A stretch of 22,922 nucleotides of DNA from a virus (IMGVR_UViG_3300025890_000013:1-22922); one strand, 5' to 3'; positions 16,515 to 22,922 are shown, counted from the stretch's first letter. Made by a program: numbers and translations. The notes: generated from the sequence alone by a model not told the origin.

Positions 16515-17023
16515 TTTAGCTCGTCAATTGGACGTAAATCACGCAACTCAATTTTAAACGCGTCGGCTGGTTCTGTGTAATATTTACCGTCTTTATCGCC
16601 TTTCCGCACTTGGTAAAACCGTTCGTTGTACAAATAGCGATCAATCCAACCAAGTAAATAAGCGCCGTGCATTAGTTTTTTTGGGTTGTCTGCGCGTTTC
16701 ATTACCTGCATAAATAAATACACGTCGCAAAGCTGATCAGCGTTTGAAGCATAAACACAGGCCGCAAAATTTGGATCGGGTAATCTATTCCGCACCTTTG
16801 TTTTTACTTCTATACGTTTACCATTGCGCTGCAAGTCATACTCATAATTGTCAATGTTTACCGCCTTTAAATACTTCATTGCTGCGACCTGACCAACATA
16901 ACCGGCGTACTTACTTAATTCATTGTTGCCTGTATGATTGTTTTTCATTTTTGCCTGTATTACTTCCTTGCCTGTTTCGTATGCAAAGGCCATTTCATGG
17001 GTTGTAAGCTTTTGCCATATCAT
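16511..17023 (-). CDS. PD-(D/E)XK nuclease-fold protein (170 aa), possibly a resolvase or exonuclease
   Basis: GYVGQVAAMKYL...YEYDLQRNGKRIEVKTK gives a D-x(n)-E-x-K arrangement like Hjc/restriction-endonuclease-fold proteins. ATGA coupling on both sides. Confidence 0.45.
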   Translation of the reverse strand: MIWQKLTTHEMAFAYETGKEVIQAKMKNNHTGNNELSKYAGYVGQVAAMKYLKAVNIDNYEYDLQRNGKRIEVKTKVRNRLPDPNFAACVYASNADQLCDVYLFMQVMKRADNPKKLMHGAYLLGWIDRYLYNERFYQVRKGDKDGKYYTEPADAFKIELRDLRPIDELK

Positions 17024-17244
17024 TTCGGGCGGTTCTCGTTTATCTGCTCTATTGTTTCCGCCACTGCGTCGAATAGCTGCAACGGCTCGACATCATCCAA
17101 CTGTATGATCTGACCGCTGTGCTTCAATATGCCGGACGGGTTACGAAAGCAATAATTTTCAATGGTTCGCCGGCTTACGTCCAGTTCCACGGCGCACCGC
17201 TCAATTGTTGTGTAGTGTCGCTTTATAAACTCTCTGAGATTCAT
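17020..17244 (-). CDS. Small helix-turn-helix DNA-binding protein (74 aa from ATG 17244)
   Basis: MNLREFIKRHYTTIERCAVELDVSRRTIENYCFRNPSG is a Cro/excisionase-like HTH. The upstream 27 codons of the track ORF overlap the neighbouring ORF. Confidence 0.55.
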   Translation of the reverse strand: MNLREFIKRHYTTIERCAVELDVSRRTIENYCFRNPSGILKHSGQIIQLDDVEPLQLFDAVAETIEQINENRPK

Positions 17245-17398
17245 GGTATTCGGTTTTGATTTCGTAGCGGATCCCCTTGCTTTCGAGGTCGTCAATGTAT
17301 TTGCTTGCGCTGCCATAGTTTTCAAATTTTACGCTGCTGTTATATGCCGGTACTTTGACGCAGTAGTAAAGCCTATCAAAATGGGAAGTTTTGGCCAT
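17201..17398 (-). CDS. Hypothetical protein (65 aa)
   Basis: This ORF fills the gap between the DUF3127-like gene and the HTH gene. Its 3' end overlaps the HTH ORF by 44 nt, so its boundaries are uncertain. Confidence 0.4.
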   Translation of the reverse strand: MAKTSHFDRLYYCVKVPAYNSSVKFENYGSASKYIDDLESKGIRYEIKTEYHESQRVYKATLHNN

Positions 17399-17744
17399 CG
17401 GGTGCAGGTTGTTGGGTTGGTGCTGAATCCTTCTTCCAAGATTCAGGAGTCCTTAATTGTTCAACTATTTCATACTTCCAAGGCACTAGGGACATAAAGA
17501 CGCGCATGGGCTGCGTGTCATCCTTTTGCCATTCGCTGCCGCGCACGTTGCAGCGTGCTTTGATTGTCTTGCCTTCAGGCAATGCGACGGCCTCGTCTAC
17601 GTCGTCTTTCAGAAACTCCAGTGCTAAGGTTTGCGGGTATTTACCGTCTTGTATTTCTACGTGTACTTCGCACTTCCTGAAGCCGCTTTCGAATTCCATC
17701 GGTTTGCAAACGCGCTTAATTACTCCTTCAATTATCAATTCCAT
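17376..17744 (-). CDS. DUF3127-like OB-fold protein, putative single-stranded DNA-binding protein (122 aa)
   Basis: From ATG 17744, MELIIEGVIKRVCKPMEFESGFRKCEVHVEIQDGKYPQTLALEFLKDDVDEAVALPEGKTIKARCNVRGSEW matches the DUF3127 pattern as I remember it from Bacteroidota. The C-terminus ends ...PAPDGQNFPF, which resembles an SSB tip. Confidence 0.6.
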   Translation of the reverse strand: MELIIEGVIKRVCKPMEFESGFRKCEVHVEIQDGKYPQTLALEFLKDDVDEAVALPEGKTIKARCNVRGSEWQKDDTQPMRVFMSLVPWKYEIVEQLRTPESWKKDSAPTQQPAPDGQNFPF

Positions 17745-18006
17745 GTTTTTTATAAGATTTAGTGAATTCTGTTTGCGAGCAGTTCGGCAAATCGATTGCA
17801 CGCAACTGGTTTAATTTGAGCCGCTCAAATATCTCACGCCAGCGGCTTGGCGTTGGGTTGGTGTCTATTATTTCATCCTCTAAGCCGTCGTCGTCGTCCT
17901 TCATTGTGGACGTACTCAGCAGCAGCAAAGCATAGTCTTTGACGTCTTCCACGTGTGCGGCTTGGTCAGCCTCTACAGCATCAAAAAACTCGTCAAGGCT
18001 ATTCAT
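17728..18006 (-). CDS. Hypothetical acidic protein (92 aa)
   Basis: ORF with an 8-nt overlap on the upstream stop. The N-terminal half is rich in Asp/Glu (DEFFDAVEADQAAHVEDVKD...KDDDDGLEDEIID). Confidence 0.5.
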   Translation of the reverse strand: MNSLDEFFDAVEADQAAHVEDVKDYALLLLSTSTMKDDDDGLEDEIIDTNPTPSRWREIFERLKLNQLRAIDLPNCSQTEFTKSYKKHGIDN

Positions 18007-18370
18007 CTATTTCGTCTTCGCCGTATACAATACCGCCATAACCAGTAAGCTTCAAAATGGCACGTGATAAGGCGCGTTTTTCCGCCATGGCAATCGGGTA
18101 AGGGTTTCTGTTATTTGCTTTGCTCGCCTCGCCATACGTTTCTACCTTGCCTATTTCGCATTTTGCGTACGCTTTAATGCAATATTTTCCTTCTTTGGGG
18201 TCTGAGTATTCCGGCACGGTAGAAAAACGAACCTCGGCCTTTATTTTGGCTTGTAAGTGTTCGACGCCTCGGCGCGTCATAATGACAAAGCCGCGCGGGT
18301 CTTTGTGGAAGTGATCCGGATGCATATCGTATTTTGCGGATAGCGCCCGCAGTTCGTCAGTGTTATTCAT
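17999..18370 (-). CDS. Hypothetical protein (123 aa), possibly a minimal Rad52/Sak-like single-strand annealing protein
   Basis: ETYGEASKANNRNPYPIAMAEKRALSRAILKLTGYGG resembles the conserved helix of Rad52-superfamily phage recombinases (from memory, unverified). It is adjacent to the SSB-like gene. Confidence 0.3.
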   Translation of the reverse strand: MNNTDELRALSAKYDMHPDHFHKDPRGFVIMTRRGVEHLQAKIKAEVRFSTVPEYSDPKEGKYCIKAYAKCEIGKVETYGEASKANNRNPYPIAMAEKRALSRAILKLTGYGGIVYGEDEIDE

Positions 18371-18891
18371 TGCTCAAAGGTTAAAGGTGTAACGTCGTAA
18401 TTGATGAATGGCGCGTATCCGGATGCGAATCGCAAGCTGCTAAGGTTGTTTGTGACGGGCACATCTACCACCACGTTAAATTGTTCTTCGATCATATCCA
18501 TGACGCGGCTGGCTTTCTCTCGGTGATTGGTTTCGTTTATGCCGTCTATTGCGATCAGCATATAAACGCCTTCACCCATGCAGCTAATGCCACCAGCCAC
18601 CACGTACGGCGCGGCCTCCATATCGCGCACCACGTTTTCCGGATCAAATCCAGCGCTTTGGTGTTTGCCGTCAATGTCGATTTGCACTAAACCGCTATGC
18701 TTTTGGATCGTGTCCTGTCTGCGGTTGTAAAATACACCGTGCGGCATAATCGCCGGCAGTTGTTTTTTGCTGTAATCGTTTATCATGACATCGGGCCGGA
18801 CGTGTTCGAGCCATTCGATGAGGTAGACCATTCGCGTCTCGCGATCAAATGCCCCACGGCAGGAACTGACTTGTATTGTTTCGATATTCAT
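18367..18891 (-). CDS. BT4734/VirE_N-like (AEP primase-superfamily) stand-alone domain protein (174 aa)
   Basis: KKQLPAIMPHGVFYNRRQDTIQKHSGLVQIDIDG...GGISCMGEGVYMLIAI...SSLRFASGYAPF follows the VirE N-terminal/BT4734 pattern (LPa..p.G.F..R......hSGl..lDiD ... SpSG.G ... R..S.D). Confidence 0.55.
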   Translation of the reverse strand: MNIETIQVSSCRGAFDRETRMVYLIEWLEHVRPDVMINDYSKKQLPAIMPHGVFYNRRQDTIQKHSGLVQIDIDGKHQSAGFDPENVVRDMEAAPYVVAGGISCMGEGVYMLIAIDGINETNHREKASRVMDMIEEQFNVVVDVPVTNNLSSLRFASGYAPFINYDVTPLTFEQ

Positions 18892-19038
18892 CGCTCACGG
18901 TTTTGCTTTAGGTGCATTTTCATTTTGTCAATCAGGCGCAGAAACTCACGTTCCTCGGCTAGGTCTTGCTGCCATTGATTGAATGACTGCGGTGCTGTTA
19001 CTTGTACGCTTGAGCGCACGCAAATAGGTCTTTTCATT
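18888..19038 (-). CDS. Hypothetical small protein (49 aa from ATG 19038)
   Basis: MKRPICVRSSVQVTAPQSFNQWQQDLAEEREFLRLIDKMKMHLKQNRER. There are ATGA overlaps at both ends (19034..19038 and 18888..18891). I prefer this over the 109-aa track ORF. Confidence 0.45.
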
Positions 19039-19147
19039 GGTCTAGGGTTAAATCTTGTTGTTTGTCGTGTTGTTCGTCGGCCTCTTCGTAGTAGTCGCGG
19101 CCTTCGTCTTCGTCGTCTGCTGGGTAGTCGTATCCTTCGCGCCACAT
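19034..19147 (-). CDS. Hypothetical highly acidic mini-protein (37 aa)
   Basis: Hand translation gives MWREGYDYPADDEDEGRDYYEEADEQHDKQQDLTLDQ. Its stop overlaps the next ATG (ATGA). The alternative frame is the Arg-rich part of the 109-aa track ORF. Confidence 0.35.
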   Translation of the reverse strand: MWREGYDYPADDEDEGRDYYEEADEQHDKQQDLTLDQ

Positions 19148-19150
19148 GGT

Positions 19151-19181
19151 AAAGAGATAAAGCCCCGCCCGAAGGCAGGGC
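19151..19181 (-). terminator. Candidate intrinsic terminator or attenuator after the first early gene
   Basis: The minus strand reads GCCCTGCC-TTCG-GGCGGGGC (8-bp stem with 1 mismatch) followed by TTTATCTCTTT. It begins 8 nt after the stop of ORF 19189..19401. Confidence 0.5.
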
Positions 19182-19188
19182 GTTGAAT

Positions 19189-19401
19189 TCAAATTGCTTT
19201 TGCTGCAAGCTTTGCAATAACTTCTAAACCTTCAGCGCTGTACATCATGCGCTTTGTTTTTTCAACTGTTAAGCCTTCATCATAACAAGCGTCTGTAAAT
19301 TGCTTACAAGCCGCTTGAATTACTGCGGTCATGTTTACGTTGCTAAGCTCCTGTTTTGCTGTTTCTAAGTTTGTCATGATAGTGTTGTTTGCGTTTGTCA
19401 T
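19189..19401 (-). CDS. Hypothetical protein (70 aa), the first gene after the control region
   Basis: ORF bracketed by the control region and a hairpin. I recognised no motif. Confidence 0.55.
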   Translation of the reverse strand: MTNANNTIMTNLETAKQELSNVNMTAVIQAACKQFTDACYDEGLTVEKTKRMMYSAEGLEVIAKLAAKAI

Positions 19402-19475
19402 GGTGTAAAGATACGCAACTTATTTCGTTACGCAAGCTTTTTCGTGAAATATTTTCAATTTTAACATTTGGGCAC
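19402..19475 (-). promoter_or_regulatory. Candidate early promoter/operator region
   Basis: It forms most of the largest non-coding stretch and lies immediately downstream of the main terminator. The minus strand has TTGCGT-16 nt-TATCTT ending about 7 nt before the ATG. TTGCGTA occurs twice (19435..19429 and 19418..19412), and an inverted ACGCAA follows just inside the gene. Confidence 0.3.
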
Positions 19476-19500
19476 AAAAAAAGCCTCCACGTTTGGAGGC
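19476..19500 (-). terminator. Strong rho-independent terminator at the end of the late/lysis transcription unit
   Basis: The minus strand reads GCCTCCA-AACG-TGGAGGC followed by TTTTTTT. Confidence 0.8.
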
Positions 19501-19535
19501 TCTTTAAATTATCTCTATGTAACAAACTAGGAAAC

Positions 19536-19554
19536 AACCCTAGCGGCTAGGGTT
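19536..19554. promoter_or_regulatory. Perfect 9+9 palindrome AACCCTAGC-G-GCTAGGGTT
   Basis: It overlaps the stop codon of ORF 19553..19738. It could be a hairpin or a binding site for a dimeric protein. Confidence 0.3.
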
Positions 19555-19738
19555 AGTCATTTTTTCGCGCTTCTCTGCGTTCCTTGCGCCGGTCGCTTAC
19601 GATTGCGCTTATTAGCGTGTCAAGCCATCCGAATACCTTGTTATCTGCTTCCGTTGGCGTGAGATTCACAATAACCTTCACGAATGCCATGATAGCCAAA
19701 AGTATCTCGGCCCAATATGTCTGTATCAATTCTCCCAT
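19553..19738 (-). CDS. Small membrane protein (61 aa), holin candidate
   Basis: It has one hydrophobic helix (YWAEILLAIMAFVKVIVNL), then a TPTEADNKV motif and a charged C-terminus (DRRKERREARKND). It is the last gene of the lysis region. Confidence 0.45.
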   Translation of the reverse strand: MGELIQTYWAEILLAIMAFVKVIVNLTPTEADNKVFGWLDTLISAIVSDRRKERREARKND

Positions 19739-19762
19739 GATGTAAAAATTTAGTGCAAGGTA

Positions 19763-20476
19763 TTAAAGCGGCATCAAACAATTGATAGCCGTATGTCCAC
19801 CGATAACTACGCCACATCCTATCGCCTGCTTTTTATAGTGCTTAGCATATGCCGCTGCATACGTTTCGCGGTCAAGGCCACAACCTACTTGCATACCGAA
19901 TAACTTGGTACGATTGCCAACCATCCATTCCACATAGGCCTGTGTATGTATATGACCCTGCACCGTGCTTTGTAGGTCGTTCTTTGCCTTTGTGCGGGCT
20001 GTTCCACCTTCACCGTGTACGTACTGCACGCCATCGTACTCAACGCGCTCGCGCCAATTCCATGAAGTGCCCAATACTTCATTAAAGGACTTAATCCAAA
20101 CGCTGGGAATAGATGAGCTGAACGCCCTGCGCATTACCACGCGGTCATGGTTTCCTATAATGCAATCGGCCACCGGAAAAGCTATGCGCCATTTTTGCAG
20201 GTCTTCAATTGCGCGTTCTAACTCCGTCCTTGCGCTTTCCCCGTCTGGGTCTGTTTCGTGCCTGCTGGTGGCGTGTGAGTCGATGAGGTCACCGATGAAA
20301 ATAACCTGATTGCACGCGTACTTATCATAGGTTTCAAGGCAAAACTCAAAATATCCTCCCTTCTCAAATGGGCAATGCAGGTCACCTATTACAAGCACTC
20401 TACGCTCTTTGTTGCGTAGGAAGTCCAGCGCTTTTTTTTGCTGGGCTGTGACTCGCGGGCGTATCGTGTTAATCAT
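19763..20476 (-). CDS. Calcineurin-like metallophosphoesterase (237 aa)
   Basis: The full motif set is present: VIGDLHCPF (DxH), FIGDLIDSH (GDxxD), IGNHD (GNHD), VHGEGG and QGHIH (GHxH). Confidence 0.8.
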   Translation of the reverse strand: MINTIRPRVTAQQKKALDFLRNKERRVLVIGDLHCPFEKGGYFEFCLETYDKYACNQVIFIGDLIDSHATSRHETDPDGESARTELERAIEDLQKWRIAFPVADCIIGNHDRVVMRRAFSSSIPSVWIKSFNEVLGTSWNWRERVEYDGVQYVHGEGGTARTKAKNDLQSTVQGHIHTQAYVEWMVGNRTKLFGMQVGCGLDRETYAAAYAKHYKKQAIGCGVVIGGHTAINCLMPL

Positions 20477-20852
20477 AGAGCCACACTAGGTCTTCCGTTT
20501 TTCCGTCATCGTCGTCCACATGGATAAACGTGCGGCCTATACCGATGCGGTTGAATCCCGCGTCATAAAGTGCGCCCAAAATATAACCCCGTGTACGTTC
20601 ATCTGAGCAGCTAATATCAGCCGCCAAGCCTTTTAAATGTGAACTGCTTTTTTTCCCTCCAACGGCTCGGTTGTGAGAGCTGCACCGAACGCCCGACGTG
20701 ATAACAAAGCTTACGCCCGCTTTGTGGCGTGCGTCGTCCAGCATTAACAAAAAATCCAAATCCATCACGTCAATCCCGAGGCCCTCCAAATTAGTGCGGC
20801 ATTTCTTGCACTTGCAATCGAATTCTTCGTATCTAAAATATCTCAGTTCCAT
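20469..20852 (-). CDS. Peptidase M15 (VanY/M15A-like) endolysin (127 aa)
   Basis: SGVRCSSHNRAVGGKKSSSHLKGLAADI (H-x6-D zinc ligands) and RTFIHVDDD (third His). Size and motifs match phage L-Ala-D-Glu / D-Ala-D-Ala peptidase endolysins. Confidence 0.8.
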   Translation of the reverse strand: MELRYFRYEEFDCKCKKCRTNLEGLGIDVMDLDFLLMLDDARHKAGVSFVITSGVRCSSHNRAVGGKKSSSHLKGLAADISCSDERTRGYILGALYDAGFNRIGIGRTFIHVDDDDGKTEDLVWLYD

Positions 20853-20965
20853 ATTATCGAACAGGCTGCGACAAAGATTATAATATCAGCAACATCAGCA
20901 CGGCCATATTCGCGCGCCTTATAAGTTGCGTTCACCATTACCGTCGCTAATATAATCCAAATCAT
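20843..20965 (-). CDS. Mini membrane protein (40 aa, two hydrophobic segments), holin/antiholin candidate
   Basis: Hand translation gives MIWIILATVMVNATYKAREYGRADVADIIIFVAACSIIWN. Its ATG overlaps the upstream stop (ATGA), and its stop overlaps the endolysin start region. Confidence 0.45.
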   Translation of the reverse strand: MIWIILATVMVNATYKAREYGRADVADIIIFVAACSIIWN

Positions 20966-21165
20966 TTTTGCAGCTTTGCAAGCATTAACTCGATTTTGTG
21001 GACGGAGGCCAATAGTTCCTTCATGTCGCTTTTAATTTCGTTGCTGTCAATTTCGAGCTGGATGACGCGGCTTTTGAGGCGTGCCACCGTGCTGTTGAGG
21101 TTCACCCATACACCTACCAAACCCGCCACCACCGGCGCAACCATTGCCACAAATTCCCATTCCAT
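20962..21165 (-). CDS. Membrane-anchored coiled-coil protein (67 aa from ATG 21165), spanin or holin candidate
   Basis: MEWEFVAMVAPVVAGLVGVWVNL (TM segment) is followed by heptad-like ARLKSRVIQLEIDSNEIKSDMKELLASVHKIELMLAKLQK. Its ATG shares 1 nt with the tail-tip stop (TGATG). Confidence 0.5.
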   Translation of the reverse strand: MEWEFVAMVAPVVAGLVGVWVNLNSTVARLKSRVIQLEIDSNEIKSDMKELLASVHKIELMLAKLQK

Positions 21166-22922
21166 CACTTTTCTTTTTTCTGTATTATATACCAGTTCGA
21201 ATTGTGGCACAAGATAGTGATGCCATCATAAGCTCGGTTGAAATCATAGGACGTTGCGCCGTCGATAGTTACGCCTGAATCCCCTGTATTAGGTCGCAGG
21301 CTAACATACTGGTTTGCGGCTATTGTGCCATCGCTATGAAACTGGATGCTGCGCCCTTCGTTATCTGCAACCAGCGGCAAATAAATAATGCTTGCACCGT
21401 TGCCGCCTTGCCACGTGTTCATTATCATATAATCAATCGGCCGCACGTTGTACGTTGTGCCTGTTCGATTGGTTACTGTGGCGGTTCTGTACTGCACGCG
21501 TGAGCCGTAACTGTCTTCACCAATCAGCAGCGTCCTATTCAGCGCCTCCGTTGCACCTGTCACGCCTAAGCTAGGATTGTGGGTTATCGGATCAACCACG
21601 TCGATGGCGTCGCCTATGGCCGTTGTAACGGTCGAAGCATCTCGCGAAACAAGAAACGCCTCTAATTCGGTTTCGATGGATCGCGCTGTGAATGTAAGTT
21701 GGAATAGTGCAAAGTCGCCAACTGTGTCGTCAAGCACTTGCCACATTTTTAAATTGCTTCCGTATACCGTGCCGCGTTGTATCGGTGTGCTAATTCGCTG
21801 GCCTGCTAGTATCTCCTGCACGCCAAGCCGGTTGATGCCTACGCCTGTACCCGTGTAGTTTAAACTTTGCCATTGGGTTACCGGTACGGCATTGACGCCC
21901 ACAATGACGCGTATAACCCCGTCGGCGTTCTGTGTTTCACCGTCACCAAACAAGCACAGGCCTTGGTCAATCTCGCCGCGTGCCGTGTCGCTGTTGGTAG
22001 CTGTGAAAACAACCTCATCGCCTAGCGCATTATTGCCTAGGAGGTCAGCACGCAATACCACGATTTGAAAATCTGCTGCCGATGTGCTTACTAGGTTACT
22101 ATCGAATGCGCCATCGTCATCAATGCCGACAATCGTCACACTTAAATCCATTCCGGTCTGATCACTTGGTAGCGCTGGCGTATTAATCACAATCGGCATG
22201 GTAACTTCACCGCCTTCGTTCCTGTTGAATACGTAGCTAACGACTTCATAATATTCGGGCGTTGCCGTCCATTGTGGCGTGCTGTAAACGTGCGAAGTGT
22301 ATTCGAGTACGCCCTCATCTAAATCGCCAAGTTGGAAGTCTAGCATTGTTTCCGTAAACTGTGCATCCCGTTGCAGGTACTGCGTGCCAACCTTAACAAG
22401 GAAGCGAAGCATTACCCGCGCCACAATATCATCTCCCGTCGCTACGCCGTCGCCGTCATATTCATAATTGAATGTGCCAGTGATTAAAAACTCTGTGTCC
22501 TGCAAGTAATCTATATCGGTATCCTCTAACGTGTTGCCGAATTCCGTTTCGGTATACAGGTTGTCATAGATCAGCGGATAGTTGCCATTGTATTTGCGCG
22601 TGCGCCGCACTTCCTTTAATGGTGCAAGGCCGCTATACTGGTATCCGCGTAGCCGCTCCAGTGTCGAATCAAATGCACGCGCTGCGTTATATGTGTCCTG
22701 TGTTATATCCGTGCCGTCTTTCTGCTTGCCTTCTGCCGTCAGCGTTGTACTTGCCTGCTGTGCCCCCAATGGCAAGAACCACCAAACGCCGTCACTCTGA
22801 AATAACCGCGCGTTAAATACCTTCGTTATGCTTTCGAGTATCTCAAAGGTTGAATAGTATTGATTAACTCCGTTGCTGTCTGGGTTGCCTAGCGATGGAT
22901 TATAAATTCGCGTATCAATCAA
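21165..22922 (-). CDS. Tail-tip protein, 3' portion (585 codons) of the 772-aa gene that starts at 660 across the junction
   Basis: The ORF runs to the window edge. The track's first residue is an internal TTG codon (Leu). Continuity with 660..100 was checked by hand translation. Confidence 0.8.
   Translation of the reverse strand: MIDTRIYNPSLGNPDSNGVNQYYSTFEILESITKVFNARLFQSDGVWWFLPLGAQQASTTLTAEGKQKDGTDITQDTYNAARAFDSTLERLRGYQYSGLAPLKEVRRTRKYNGNYPLIYDNLYTETEFGNTLEDTDIDYLQDTEFLITGTFNYEYDGDGVATGDDIVARVMLRFLVKVGTQYLQRDAQFTETMLDFQLGDLDEGVLEYTSHVYSTPQWTATPEYYEVVSYVFNRNEGGEVTMPIVINTPALPSDQTGMDLSVTIVGIDDDGAFDSNLVSTSAADFQIVVLRADLLGNNALGDEVVFTATNSDTARGEIDQGLCLFGDGETQNADGVIRVIVGVNAVPVTQWQSLNYTGTGVGINRLGVQEILAGQRISTPIQRGTVYGSNLKMWQVLDDTVGDFALFQLTFTARSIETELEAFLVSRDASTVTTAIGDAIDVVDPITHNPSLGVTGATEALNRTLLIGEDSYGSRVQYRTATVTNRTGTTYNVRPIDYMIMNTWQGGNGASIIYLPLVADNEGRSIQFHSDGTIAANQYVSLRPNTGDSGVTIDGATSYDFNRAYDGITILCHNSNWYIIQKKEK
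22824..22922. repeat. Terminal direct repeat, copy 2. It is identical to 1..99.
   Basis: Same 99-nt string as the window start. The implied circular unit length is 22,823 bp. Confidence 0.9.

Noticed and set aside
18888-19217. The 109-aa ORF with an Arg-rich centre.
   Set aside because: It would start inside the upstream gene and read through a terminator-like hairpin. Its Arg-rich part is the off-frame of an acidic ORF. Two short ORFs coupled by ATGA fit the local architecture better. This remains unresolved without data.
19343-19537. The 64-aa ORF across the control region.
   Set aside because: It spans the strong terminator hairpin and the promoter-like region, and it overlaps the start of ORF 19189..19401. 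It is most likely non-coding.
100-22816. All plus-strand ORFs in the track (for example 2332..2724, 6229..6627, 9223..9816 and 12910..13272).
   Set aside because: Each lies entirely antisense to a longer minus-strand gene with recognisable motifs. Their compositions (Ser/Cys/Pro/Arg-rich) are typical of shadow ORFs.

Overview
This window is a complete, circularly closed genome of about 22.8 kb from a small HK97-like siphovirus, probably a metagenome-assembled contig. The first 99 nt (1..99) are identical to the last 99 nt (22824..22922). Joining them restores one continuous 772-codon gene, so the unit length is 22,823 bp. Every credible gene, about 40 in total, lies on the minus strand. The plus-strand ORFs in the track look like shadows of minus-strand genes.

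Gene order on the minus strand, reading from high to low coordinates:
- Control region at about 19402..19552.
- Early, replication and recombination genes (19401 down to 14133). These include a BT4734/VirE_N-like mini-primase, a possible short annealing protein, a DUF3127 SSB-like protein, an HTH protein, a PD-(D/E)XK nuclease, a wHTH initiator with an internal iteron origin, and NinG/Rap.
- HNH endonuclease, small terminase (TerS), large terminase (TerL) and portal.
- Prohead protease fused in frame to the major capsid protein.
- gp6-like connector, head-closure protein and a gp10-like protein.
- A 938-aa protein that joins a tail-terminator-like domain to a fibre.
- Major tail protein, G/GT chaperones with a -1 slippery site, and tape measure protein.
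- One 772-aa tail-tip protein that crosses the contig junction.
- A lysis cassette with an M15 peptidase, three small membrane proteins and a metallophosphoesterase, followed by a strong terminator.

Other genome-wide observations:
- No Shine-Dalgarno motifs are visible upstream of genes, and 14 gene junctions are ATGA or TAATG/TGATG overlaps.
- DUF3127 and BT4734-like domains are present. Together with the missing SD motifs, these suggest a Bacteroidota host. This is inference.
- I saw no integrase, repressor module, tRNA or CRISPR array.

The most unusual items:
- The terminator-fibre fusion gene.
- The in-frame protease-capsid fusion with a capsid-like internal start.
- The iteron plus AT-rich origin inside the initiator gene.
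- The phosphoesterase inside the lysis cassette.

All family names come from motif recognition by eye. No searches were run.
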